A DNA stretch of 27,417 bases from a virus: positions 1-27,417 of IMG/VR virus record IMGVR_UViG_3300030617_000044; one strand, written 5' to 3'. The notes under the pieces are model-generated. The model was not told the DNA's origin. It did no database searches and saw nothing but the letters and a program-made list of their open reading frames with translations. Of this stretch, positions 7,247 through 14,793 are shown piece after piece. A program made the position numbers and the translations under genes. How positions within the stretch are numbered: position 1 is the stretch's first letter; the number at the start of each line of letters is the position of its first letter.

Positions 7247-8026
7247 TTAGTTTACGATTATGCTGTCTAAAGGTGAATTGTATAAATAAATCGATACGTA
7301 CACATCCATAATGATGGTAGCGCCCTCGGCATTTACAAAGCTGCTGGTAGGCCTTACGTTGGTAAATGCTGTGTTAGCAAGGCCATTGATTACAAAGGAT
7401 GGTGTACCGTATGAGCTTGGTATCGCAAAAATTAAGTATTGCGCGCCGCCGCCAAAATCTGTTAAAGTAAGATCGCGGGTGGCTTGCAGGTTAGAGTTTG
7501 CCAGCGCCAGGATATCGCTATCCAGTATAGGGGCATCACTTAAGCCATCTTTGGCAATCGTACCCCAAAACATGCGCGGGAAATATTGCACGGTACAACT
7601 TGCCGAACTGCTTAAGGTGCCATCCGTTGCGGTCATGCTTTTGGTATAGCTATCATAAGGGTTGGCGAAATTTCCGGTCTGTGTGCCGCTCTGATCGCCA
7701 CCGGTAGGGGTAATGGCTGTGCCATCAACTGTAATGCCGGTAACGGTATTGGTTTTCCCGGTTACTTCCCAGGTTAAAGTATAGGCATCACTTTGGCCTA
7801 TCTCGCGGATAGGATCATCTACGCTAATAGCGCATTCGGGTGGTATGGGTGGATAAAACACTTGTTCTAAAAATGCTACTACGGTTGTTGTATTGGGATC
7901 AAAGCCTAGTATGCCGGGTGTGTTACGGGTAATATCGCGTTCACCATTAAAGGCATCGCTGCCACCGCCACCACCTGAACCGGTTGCCTGTTTACCTCCC
8001 CAAATTTTTTGTTTTTGAATATTCAT
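7247..8026 (-). CDS. Structural protein with an N-terminal Gly-rich hinge (GSGGGGGSDAFNG)
   Basis: 259-aa beta-rich ORF, tightly packed between fibre-like genes. Confidence 0.4.
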   Translation of the reverse strand: MNIQKQKIWGGKQATGSGGGGGSDAFNGERDITRNTPGILGFDPNTTTVVAFLEQVFYPPIPPECAISVDDPIREIGQSDAYTLTWEVTGKTNTVTGITVDGTAITPTGGDQSGTQTGNFANPYDSYTKSMTATDGTLSSSASCTVQYFPRMFWGTIAKDGLSDAPILDSDILALANSNLQATRDLTLTDFGGGAQYLIFAIPSSYGTPSFVINGLANTAFTNVRPTSSFVNAEGATIIMDVYVSIYLYNSPLDSIIVN

Positions 8027-8436
8027 TAGATGCCGCTAAAGAATTGTATTTGCACTACGTGTTGGTTACCATCTGTCGAGATCATCCTAAAATTATTCAG
8101 GTCATCTGCACATTGAATTTCATAGCTCTGTCCGTCATAGGTGGGTATGCCTGATATTGTGCTCGGCCATTGCCCATCCATCCAAAACCTGATTAATACC
8201 TGACCGTCGGGGATGCTGCTATTAGCTGCCTCCACGGTAACGATAGCCGAGTTTGAACCGGCGGGCCATAAACCAAGCAGCGAACACACTTTTGTCGGAT
8301 CGATCTGAGCCGAAGCGTGACCTACAGCGCGCTTGCGTGCGTTTGCTATAAAAGCGGTAGGGCCTGCCGCGGGTGTTGTCGGCGCGGTTGGATATTCGGG
8401 GCCGGGGACGGCTACTGGTAGGGTGGTGAATGACAT
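8026..8436 (-). CDS. Small beta-rich structural protein (vertex/penton candidate)
   Basis: 136 aa with a Pro/Ala-rich N-terminus followed by beta-rich sequence. Its stop overlaps the next start (TAATG). Confidence 0.3.
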   Translation of the reverse strand: MSFTTLPVAVPGPEYPTAPTTPAAGPTAFIANARKRAVGHASAQIDPTKVCSLLGLWPAGSNSAIVTVEAANSSIPDGQVLIRFWMDGQWPSTISGIPTYDGQSYEIQCADDLNNFRMISTDGNQHVVQIQFFSGI

Positions 8437-8437
8437 A

Positions 8438-8968
8438 TTAACTCAATAAATTGTGTAATACTTTTGATATGGCTGGCTGCTGATAATAGGCCAGGTGATT
8501 TTTATTGATGCTGCGTTCCTGCGCGAACATTTGATTGTCGTATTGTTGCAGGTTATTCTCTTTAATGATCCGCGATAACTTATCGGCATACTGTGCCCTA
8601 TCTCCACCACGGTTAAAGCCGGCCGCTTGTATGGCTTTAGCCTGCGCAAACGGGTTTTTAGCGGTTACCACCCCGGCTGCCAGGTAGATCGGTTTTTTAA
8701 GGATCACTATTTCTGCCGATATCGCATCGCTTATGCTATTATACCAGCGCCAAACGTTTCCATGCGGCGTTGTTTGCCCTTTTTTACCTGTCCAGTTGGC
8801 GTTAGCCATGTGTCCGAAAATGTTATTATACATCTGCGCGATCTTGGAAGTGCCCGAGCCGCTTTCCTGTATGGCCTGAGCAATTACTACCGATGGGAAA
8901 ACACCGGTGTTAATGCAGTTGGCAATAACATCCGGTGCGATCCGCTGGGCAAAGCTTGATGATGGCAT
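8438..8968 (-). CDS. Glucosaminidase-domain (FlgJ/GH73-like) peptidoglycan hydrolase, virion module
   Basis: FPSVVIAQAIQESGSGTSKIAQMYNNIFGH matches the mannosyl-glycoprotein endo-beta-N-acetylglucosaminidase signature. Confidence 0.7.
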   Translation of the reverse strand: MPSSSFAQRIAPDVIANCINTGVFPSVVIAQAIQESGSGTSKIAQMYNNIFGHMANANWTGKKGQTTPHGNVWRWYNSISDAISAEIVILKKPIYLAAGVVTAKNPFAQAKAIQAAGFNRGGDRAQYADKLSRIIKENNLQQYDNQMFAQERSINKNHLAYYQQPAISKVLHNLLS

Positions 8969-8974
8969 ATCGGG

Positions 8975-9106
8975 CTATACTCTTTTAGCGGCTTCCTTAA
9001 CGCAGGTTGTCCACTTCTTTTTATTGGTTGATTTGTTGTAAACCTTTTTTGCCGCTGTGATGATCTTTTTCAGTTTAGCGGTGCCTTTGTTGTGTTTTTT
9101 TGCCAT
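8975..9106 (-). CDS. 43-aa highly basic protein (MAKKHNKGTAKLKKIITAAKKVYNKSTNKKKWTTCVKEAAKRV)
   Basis: Hand-translated ORF below the 60-aa track cutoff. It fills the gap between the two hydrolase genes on the operon strand. Confidence 0.4.
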   Translation of the reverse strand: MAKKHNKGTAKLKKIITAAKKVYNKSTNKKKWTTCVKEAAKRV

Positions 9107-9158
9107 GGTGTTTAGTCAATTAGTTCGTTAATTATTAGGATGATCATTATTATAATGG

Positions 9159-9674
9159 CTATGATAAGCCATAAACTTTTTTTTTTGGATCTGTTATCGC
9201 TGAAATGATCGATGCTGCAGTCGTACCGGCGCCACTTATTAATATGGCATCATGTGCTCGCCTGGCAACAAGGGCAGCATTCCTACGGCCGTTAGCTTTA
9301 ACATAAAGCATGGCATGTGCTGCCGTTTGTGTTGTATCACCGGTTTTATTCCAGATTTCAATAACTTTTTTGGCATTACCAGGGCCTGCATTAAATCCCA
9401 CATCAAAAATACCGTCGTATACACCCTGTGGAGGGGTTCTGGTATAATATGAATTGATCGTGGAGGCTATAGCGCCTAAATCCTTTTGCTTTATCGCCTC
9501 AGCCTGTGCCTGGGTTAATGTTGCCGTAAGCAAATAGCTTTCGCTTGGCTGTATTTGGTGCCCGTAGCCGATTGATCTTCGCCCTTTGGTATTACCAGGA
9601 GGGTCGAGGTAGGCACGTGGCGCAAAAGCCTCGGTACTGGTTATATAGCTTACTAAACTTGCTGATGGCCCCAT
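9159..9674 (-). CDS. GH24-type phage lysozyme, virion module
   Basis: TSTEAFAPRAYLDPPGNTKGRRSIGYGH matches the E...AY.D..G..TIGYGH lysozyme signature. Confidence 0.7.
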   Translation of the reverse strand: MGPSASLVSYITSTEAFAPRAYLDPPGNTKGRRSIGYGHQIQPSESYLLTATLTQAQAEAIKQKDLGAIASTINSYYTRTPPQGVYDGIFDVGFNAGPGNAKKVIEIWNKTGDTTQTAAHAMLYVKANGRRNAALVARRAHDAILISGAGTTAASIISAITDPKKKVYGLS

Positions 9675-9676
9675 GG

Positions 9677-9778
9677 CTATTTATCCTTTATGATGCCTTT
9701 TTTGTACAGATAGAAAGTGCCTAACAGTATCACGATGATACCGGCCCATAAGAATTTGTTTTGCTGTGCTGCGCTCAT
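9677..9778 (-). CDS. 33-aa single-pass membrane protein (MSAAQQNKFLWAGIIVILLGTFYLYKKGIIKDK)
   Basis: Hand-translated. ATG at 9778, TAG at 9677-9679. It fills an intergenic gap and its TM anchor is paralogous to 10476..10574. Confidence 0.45.
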   Translation of the reverse strand: MSAAQQNKFLWAGIIVILLGTFYLYKKGIIKDK

Positions 9779-9782
9779 GTTG

Positions 9783-9911
9783 TTATGAATTGAAAATGTA
9801 TTTTTTGATTGCTAAAAAGACTACCGCGCTGATCACGGCCGACATGACCAGGTGCGTAATGCTTGGTTTATCTATTTTTACCGTTAATTCTACTTGTTGC
9901 GGTGTGTTCAT
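9783..9911 (-). CDS. 42-aa single-pass membrane protein (…LVMSAVISAVVFLAIKKYIFNS)
   Basis: Hand-translated. ATG at 9911, TAA at 9783-9785. It is packed 2 nt after the upstream stop. Confidence 0.45.
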   Translation of the reverse strand: MNTPQQVELTVKIDKPSITHLVMSAVISAVVFLAIKKYIFNS

Positions 9912-9913
9912 GG

Positions 9914-10471
9914 TTACGATTTTGCTAATGAATGTGCCGAATATGCCGCCGAGCTGTCTATCTGCCCGGTAAGTTCGCCGTATCTGCTTAAAAAAATTGA
10001 TTTTGACCCGGTATTGCTTACATTACCCGCTAACGGGGTTTTATATAAGTCGGGGTTATTGCTCAGGGCTAAAAAACCTTTCACGGCAAGCATAAAATCA
10101 TGATCCGATAAAGCGTTCGCGGCTTTAAGGGCTTTATTGATCACGATATTAGTATCCTGTTTTTTAACAAACTTTTTGGCCTGCAAGTTGGCATGTTCTA
10201 ATTGTATAGCTACTACCAGCGTATGCGGGGCGCTCGTTAAATCTTCTTCCGTTTTTTTGGCAATTTTGCTTACAAGGTCATTAGGCCCATTGCTGTTAGC
10301 GCTGGCGCTGCCGTAAGTTTTAACCTTACCGGGGCCACCAAACAAGGTACCACCATTGCCGCCAACATGGTTTTTAAGCCATTTATACAGGAAATACAGT
10401 CCGATTAGTATACCGGCGGCAATGCCTATGTTAAGGGCTTTGTATGCGATATCGTTTTGCTTTGCTGTCAT
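9914..10471 (-). CDS. Membrane-anchored virion protein (N-terminal TM IGIAAGILIGLYFLYKWLK)
   Basis: 185-aa ORF with an N-terminal TM followed by a Gly-rich and helical region. Confidence 0.5.
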   Translation of the reverse strand: MTAKQNDIAYKALNIGIAAGILIGLYFLYKWLKNHVGGNGGTLFGGPGKVKTYGSASANSNGPNDLVSKIAKKTEEDLTSAPHTLVVAIQLEHANLQAKKFVKKQDTNIVINKALKAANALSDHDFMLAVKGFLALSNNPDLYKTPLAGNVSNTGSKSIFLSRYGELTGQIDSSAAYSAHSLAKS

Positions 10472-10475
10472 CGGG

Positions 10476-10574
10476 TTATTTTTTAACGGTGTGATATTTT
10501 TTGTACAGGAAATAACCTGCTATCGCCAATGAAGCAATAATGATGACGTACTTAGTGTTGTTGCTGATTACCAT
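10476..10574 (-). CDS. 32-aa single-pass membrane protein (MVISNNTKYVIIIASLAIAGYFLYKKYHTVKK)
   Basis: Hand-translated. ATG at 10574, TAA at 10476-10478. Confidence 0.45.
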   Translation of the reverse strand: MVISNNTKYVIIIASLAIAGYFLYKKYHTVKK

Positions 10575-10587
10575 GATTGTGTTTGTT

Positions 10588-10830
10588 TTAATTATTTAAC
10601 TTATTATATCCTTGCCTTAATAAATCAACTGGCACGTACAAGGTTCCTAAAATGGCCATGCCGAGTGCCGTGTCGGCAGTTTTATGATAAATCTGCTTAG
10701 CCGTCTTTATCGCTGTTTTTTGCGGTACTGGAGGCGTATTTTCTTGTTTATCATCATCCTGATGGTTATGCCGCCATATAAAAAATGCGATGGTGGCCAA
10801 TACCGCGGTTACAAGCAAAAATTTGAACAT
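10588..10830 (-). CDS. 80-aa membrane protein (MFKFLLVTAVLATIAFFIWRHN…)
   Basis: The ORF track gives 10588..10863. The ATG at 10830 lies 1 nt after the upstream stop and begins at the TM helix. Confidence 0.45.
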   Translation of the reverse strand: MFKFLLVTAVLATIAFFIWRHNHQDDDKQENTPPVPQKTAIKTAKQIYHKTADTALGMAILGTLYVPVDLLRQGYNKLNN

Positions 10831-10831
10831 C

Positions 10832-11803
10832 CTACTTTTTGTGTTTTTTATACCACCAAACAATACCGATCACGGCTATTACCGCTATGGCTATATAAAT
10901 GATCTTCTTTTTGCGTGCCTCTGCGGCTTGCGCTGCATCGGCTTCCGCCTGTTCTTGTTGCTGCTGTAGGCTTTGTGATTGATCAGTGGGTTGCTGATCA
11001 TCGCCACCATCTTCGCCCGTTTCGTCGCCATCGTCTCCGCTATCACCACCACCGCCGTCACCAGCTAGGGGGGATAAATAAGGAATGGCTGGTTTTATGG
11101 AATCGAGGCCGGTTAATGCTGCAGCACCGATAGAAAGTGCAAGGGGTATACCTACGCCAGTCATGGCTAAACCGGCAACAATTGCCGCCGTGGCAATAAC
11201 TTTCCAGTAAGGCTCAACGGCTTTTAAACCGCCCTCAACACCATGGCCTACACCCTTTAAAACTTTGTCTATCTCTTTGTCCTGGGCATTATGCAGCTTT
11301 ACAGCTTCTTTGCCTACATCAGTAGCGGTGTTGCGTACATCGTGGGTAGCATCAACAGCTACATTTCGCACATCGTGAGCAGCTCCTACGGTAACATCAC
11401 GCACACCATGCGCGGCACCTACGGCTACACTTCTTACGGCATGCCCTACACTATTAACCGCTTTTTTAATAAAGCCTAAAAAGTCCTCGTAATAGGCTAT
11501 ATCGGCAGTCGACATGTTATCATAGTCGAAGTTTTTATCACCTAAAAAACTTGCTTTTTCCCTACGGTTGATTAATACACGTTGATTGATGCCGTTATAT
11601 CGTGACCAGTTGCCGTTTTTAAGGTCGGTAAAAGCCGAATAATCATTGATAACACTATCTTTTGCCTCCCAAAAAGGAAAGTCCTGAGTCGTATTTATAT
11701 CATGCTTGCCGTTTAGCGTTTTAGCCAATGCGCCCTGGGCTGTAAGCTCCTCATAAGCCGTTTGTACAGGGCTTTTATTGATAACTTTTAGTAGTGGTGG
11801 CAT
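10832..11803 (-). CDS. Membrane protein with four 11-residue tandem repeats, internal TM hairpin, acidic/Gln-rich tract and C-terminal TM anchor
   Basis: The repeats are NSVGHAVRSVA / VGAAHGVRDVT / VGAAHDVRNVA / VDATHDVRNTA. The TM hairpin is VIATAAIVAGLAMTGVGIPLALSIGAAALTGL. The acidic tract is GDGGGGDSGDDGDETGEDGGDD, and the C-terminal anchor is IIYIAIAVIAVIGIVWWYKKHKK. Confidence 0.55.
   Translation of the reverse strand: MPPLLKVINKSPVQTAYEELTAQGALAKTLNGKHDINTTQDFPFWEAKDSVINDYSAFTDLKNGNWSRYNGINQRVLINRREKASFLGDKNFDYDNMSTADIAYYEDFLGFIKKAVNSVGHAVRSVAVGAAHGVRDVTVGAAHDVRNVAVDATHDVRNTATDVGKEAVKLHNAQDKEIDKVLKGVGHGVEGGLKAVEPYWKVIATAAIVAGLAMTGVGIPLALSIGAAALTGLDSIKPAIPYLSPLAGDGGGGDSGDDGDETGEDGGDDQQPTDQSQSLQQQQEQAEADAAQAAEARKKKIIYIAIAVIAVIGIVWWYKKHKK
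11315..11451. repeat. Four imperfect 33-bp tandem repeats (encoding the 11-residue repeats)
   Basis: The period is visible in both DNA and protein, for example ..CATCGTGGGTAGC.. / ..CATCGTGAGCAGC.. / ..CCATGCGCGGCAC.. Confidence 0.7.
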
Positions 11804-11808
11804 TACTG

Positions 11809-12186
11809 TTAAACTTTAGTATTATGATTTATTTCGCGGTCGTATTTTTCAGCCCTTAAAGTCTGCAAATACATCCGCTCGTTGTGATCCCTTAAATTGG
11901 GGTTCAGTATGCGGGTAAGGGCTTTAACACTTTCTGATAGCGGGTAACCCATATCAGCGTACTTTTTAAATGCCCAGGCATCGGCCTCAATCTCATTATC
12001 GGTTCGCAAAACCACATGCGCCATTTCGTGCAGCATGATAAACATTTGATGGCTTTTAGGTATGCGGTTAAAAACCGACATGTTTCTTTCCATTACACCG
12101 GTGTTCATCTCTACGCGTGCCGGTGTCCCGCCTGGTAATGTGGGATAATCCACTATCGCGGTTATCCCTTTAGGATATCGGCCCAT
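11809..12186 (-). CDS. Small HExxH zinc-metallopeptidase-like protein
   Basis: FIMLHEMAHVVLRTDNEIEADAWAF contains HEMAH plus a downstream acidic residue. The ATG at 12186 lies 2 nt after the upstream stop; the track start at 12207 is TTG. Confidence 0.5.
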   Translation of the reverse strand: MGRYPKGITAIVDYPTLPGGTPARVEMNTGVMERNMSVFNRIPKSHQMFIMLHEMAHVVLRTDNEIEADAWAFKKYADMGYPLSESVKALTRILNPNLRDHNERMYLQTLRAEKYDREINHNTKV

Positions 12187-12188
12187 AC

Positions 12189-12863
12189 CTAGCGTATTTT
12201 TGACCAAATGATCAGGGCCAATATTACGCCGCCTATTATAAACAGGGGTTTTCTGATCTCTGTAAAGAGATCATCTGTATATGAACCTGACTGATCATCG
12301 CCCGTGCTTTGACCGGATGCCTGATTGCCGCTGTCGCCTTGCGACTGATCATCACCGGCAAATTGTACGCCTACACTATAAATAGGGGGAACCAGCTGGT
12401 AATAATCATTTTGCTCCAAACCCTGCATGTAATTGCGGCGTATCGATTCATTCCTGAAATGACTAACCAATTCAAGGTAGGCCGAATTGCGGCCGGGGCC
12501 GCGCGGTACCCCGCCATTTTGGTTACCGAAATAATTGCCGAAATCAGGTTTAGCCGGTATGCTACCCATTTGAAATGGTGATGAGCTGCCTAAGTTTGCT
12601 AAACTGTCACTTGTGGTGCTGTTAGATGAACTTAAGGCCGGGTTGCGTGAAGGCGTTCCGCCCCAAACTTTGGCTACGCTGCCTAATACCGAGGCCAGGT
12701 CATCAAATAAACCTTCGCGCTGTTCACCTTGCAAGGCCCTGTAATAATCGTAATGATTTGGGCGGCGTGATGCATTGTACCCATGCCTGCGCAAAATGGC
12801 TTGGCCCTGTGTTCCGTTTTTTTCAATAAACTGGTTGGTACCCGGTAATAAACTGTAATACAT
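12189..12863 (-). CDS. Disordered Gly/Ser/Gln-rich protein with a C-terminal TM anchor
   Basis: 224 aa, ending LFIIGGVILALIIWSKIR. It is the first gene after the terminator that follows the capsid-candidate gene. Confidence 0.5.
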   Translation of the reverse strand: MYYSLLPGTNQFIEKNGTQGQAILRRHGYNASRRPNHYDYYRALQGEQREGLFDDLASVLGSVAKVWGGTPSRNPALSSSNSTTSDSLANLGSSSPFQMGSIPAKPDFGNYFGNQNGGVPRGPGRNSAYLELVSHFRNESIRRNYMQGLEQNDYYQLVPPIYSVGVQFAGDDQSQGDSGNQASGQSTGDDQSGSYTDDLFTEIRKPLFIIGGVILALIIWSKIR

Positions 12864-12879
12864 CGCTTAATATTTTTAC

Positions 12880-12915
12880 AAAAAAGCCTGCCTGGTTATT
12901 GGCAGGCTTTTTTTA
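12880..12915. terminator. Strong bidirectional-looking rho-independent terminator
   Basis: AGCCTGCC (12885-12892) pairs with GGCAGGCT (12901-12908). It is flanked by an A-run and a T-run. Confidence 0.8.
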
Positions 12916-12939
12916 TGAGTTAATTGATACTAAGGCTGA

Positions 12940-13680
12940 TTAGCGGCCTAAACCCCTGAAGCTTGCGGTTGGCAATGCGCCCGCTACTGCGGCTACTTTG
13001 TTGTTTTGGATAACTGAATCCTTAGTGCGTAATGCCGTAGCGATATTTAATGATGCACCGAATGCCATCACCAACGATACAGTGGTTGAAGCTAAAATTG
13101 GGTACTGTATTTGTGTCTGACCATCCATGTAGAATTTCTCAGGGATGTTTAACAAGGTCGTATTCGGGTTGATCGGGTCGGCATAGATACCAATTTGAAT
13201 CAAGCGGCTACTATAGTTTTTGAAAGGTGATTGCCTTTGGATAGTGATGATCTGATCCAGCTGAACCGGATTGTTTGTAGATACCTTAAAGCCTAAAATA
13301 GTAGTCGGGAATTTGTCAATAAACGCGTTGAAGTATGCAATTGGCTGCGGGCCACCTGCACCAACTAAACCCGTACTACCACCACCCGAAACCACATCAT
13401 CATAATCGGTAAATCCACCATCTGCCATCAAGCCTACCGCATTGCGGATTAACCCTGGGCACAATAAAGCGATTAAGGTTGCTGATGTGCTATTGTTTTT
13501 TAGGGTAATGGTATAAATCTTTCCTGAGTTTACGGCATCGCCGAATGTGCCTGCGTTACCGCCGAAGTCTAGGAAATCATCATTTGAGCCATCGTAAAAA
13601 CCGCCGTCATAGCTAGAGTAATTTACGGTGCGGGCTTCTAAATCTTGTGGGTTGTATAACCCGTTATTTTTTGGTTTCAT
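12940..13680 (-). CDS. Candidate major capsid protein
   Basis: 246-aa beta-rich protein with no TM. Together with the small gene 13730..13888 it forms a unit bracketed by two strong terminators (14017-14042 and 12885-12908), consistent with very high expression. No family motif was recognised. Confidence 0.4.
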   Translation of the reverse strand: MKPKNNGLYNPQDLEARTVNYSSYDGGFYDGSNDDFLDFGGNAGTFGDAVNSGKIYTITLKNNSTSATLIALLCPGLIRNAVGLMADGGFTDYDDVVSGGGSTGLVGAGGPQPIAYFNAFIDKFPTTILGFKVSTNNPVQLDQIITIQRQSPFKNYSSRLIQIGIYADPINPNTTLLNIPEKFYMDGQTQIQYPILASTTVSLVMAFGASLNIATALRTKDSVIQNNKVAAVAGALPTASFRGLGR

Positions 13681-13729
13681 GTTTAATTGATTGAAAGTTT
13701 TACTGTTGTTGCTTTGGTTGAGAGGGTGA

Positions 13730-13888
13730 TTAGCTTACTTTGAGGTAGCCGGTTGATGGGGTGCCGACGTGCACGCTTAATGCACCATCTTTAATGAATT
13801 CTTTAGTAAGTAGGCCTTTAAGAAAGAACCATATAACGAGCGCTAGTAGAACCGTTACTAATACTTTTTCATCAATGTATTTTTTCAT
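13730..13888 (-). CDS. 52-aa single-pass membrane protein (MKKYIDEKVLVTVLLALVIWFFLKGLL…)
   Basis: Hand-translated. ATG at 13888, TAA at 13730-13732. It lies directly upstream of the capsid candidate. Confidence 0.45.
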   Translation of the reverse strand: MKKYIDEKVLVTVLLALVIWFFLKGLLTKEFIKDGALSVHVGTPSTGYLKVS

Positions 13889-13977
13889 GATTTAATGGGT
13901 TGTTTGACTGATTTTTTCTTGAATTTACCCCGCTCAGACTTGGGCGTACTACGTGGGGAATTGTAGGGCATTTAAGG

Positions 13978-13993
13978 GAAATCAATTGATTTC
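13978..13993. promoter_or_regulatory. 16-bp perfect palindrome GAAATCAATTGATTTC (candidate operator) flanked by TAGGGCA direct repeats (13964-13970, 14004-14010)
   Basis: The palindrome is exact. It sits between a terminator and the capsid-gene unit. Confidence 0.5.
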
Positions 13994-14016
13994 AACTGCA
14001 TTTTAGGGCACAAAAA

Positions 14017-14042
14017 AGCCCGGCACTTTCGGGTGCCGGGCT
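14017..14042 (-). terminator. Strong rho-independent terminator
   Basis: AGCCCGGCAC (14017-14026) pairs with GTGCCGGGCT (14033-14042). On the minus strand it is followed by TTTTTTG. Confidence 0.85.
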
Positions 14043-14115
14043 GACTTATTGAACTAGATCAAAGAACTAATCTGCCACTGATTTCGGTTTGTGATACCTG
14101 TGTTTTTCAATAAAG

Positions 14116-14769
14116 TTATACAGCCGGATTATTGGTGTTATCAACCACAGGCCCGCTGTTTTCAGAGCTTTCAGCACCGGCAGCGGGTCCGGCGTTAACT
14201 TGTGTGTTAGGGTCGGTGTTTTTATCAGTGCTGGGTTCATCTTGAATGACATTGCCACCGATGGGTATGATGTTATTAATGGATTGATCGCCTGAAGTGT
14301 TATTTTCAGCATCAATGGATTGATTGATATCTGATGTAACAGAGCCGCCCTGAACCTGTGTGTTACCTTGTTCCTCGCTTTCTGTATCAAGCGGCGCAGT
14401 TAACGCCTGGCCGAATATCTGAAGCGTTGCAACCCCGTTTTCAATTACTACGCTCAACTGATCATTAAAGGTGAATGATTGTGATTGAGCCGGTACCGTA
14501 CCGGTAATTTGTGCGATAGTAGATCCGACTAAAGTATCGCTGTTTTCACCGGCGGTATCAGTTGGCTCAACATATTTATCTAATGTTAACAAATACGTTA
14601 CACCTATTTCCGGTTCAAAATCAGTCGCAAACACATCTAATAGGGTGACGCCATTCTGAGAACCTGAGCGGAAATCATTTAATCCCTCGCCACTGTCTAC
14701 ATTGCGTAGGTTTAATTTGGGCATACCGGCCGATATGGGGGCCGCTACTAATAAAAATGTACTTTTCAT
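14116..14769 (-). CDS. Structural protein with a hydrophobic N-terminus and a long polar/acidic disordered C-terminus
   Basis: 217-aa ORF with N-terminus MKSTFLLVAAPISAG. The C-terminal third is rich in N/Q/S/D/T. Confidence 0.45.
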   Translation of the reverse strand: MKSTFLLVAAPISAGMPKLNLRNVDSGEGLNDFRSGSQNGVTLLDVFATDFEPEIGVTYLLTLDKYVEPTDTAGENSDTLVGSTIAQITGTVPAQSQSFTFNDQLSVVIENGVATLQIFGQALTAPLDTESEEQGNTQVQGGSVTSDINQSIDAENNTSGDQSINNIIPIGGNVIQDEPSTDKNTDPNTQVNAGPAAGAESSENSGPVVDNTNNPAV

Positions 14770-14793
14770 TGTTTTATGGTTTTTTAATTTTAA

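Noticed and set aside
14067-14390. 107-aa alternative-frame minus-strand ORF overlapping the 3' end of 14116..14769
   Set aside because: It lies almost entirely inside a longer ORF that starts with a proper N-terminus and ends just before a strong terminator. The alternative frame would run through the gene's own stop region.
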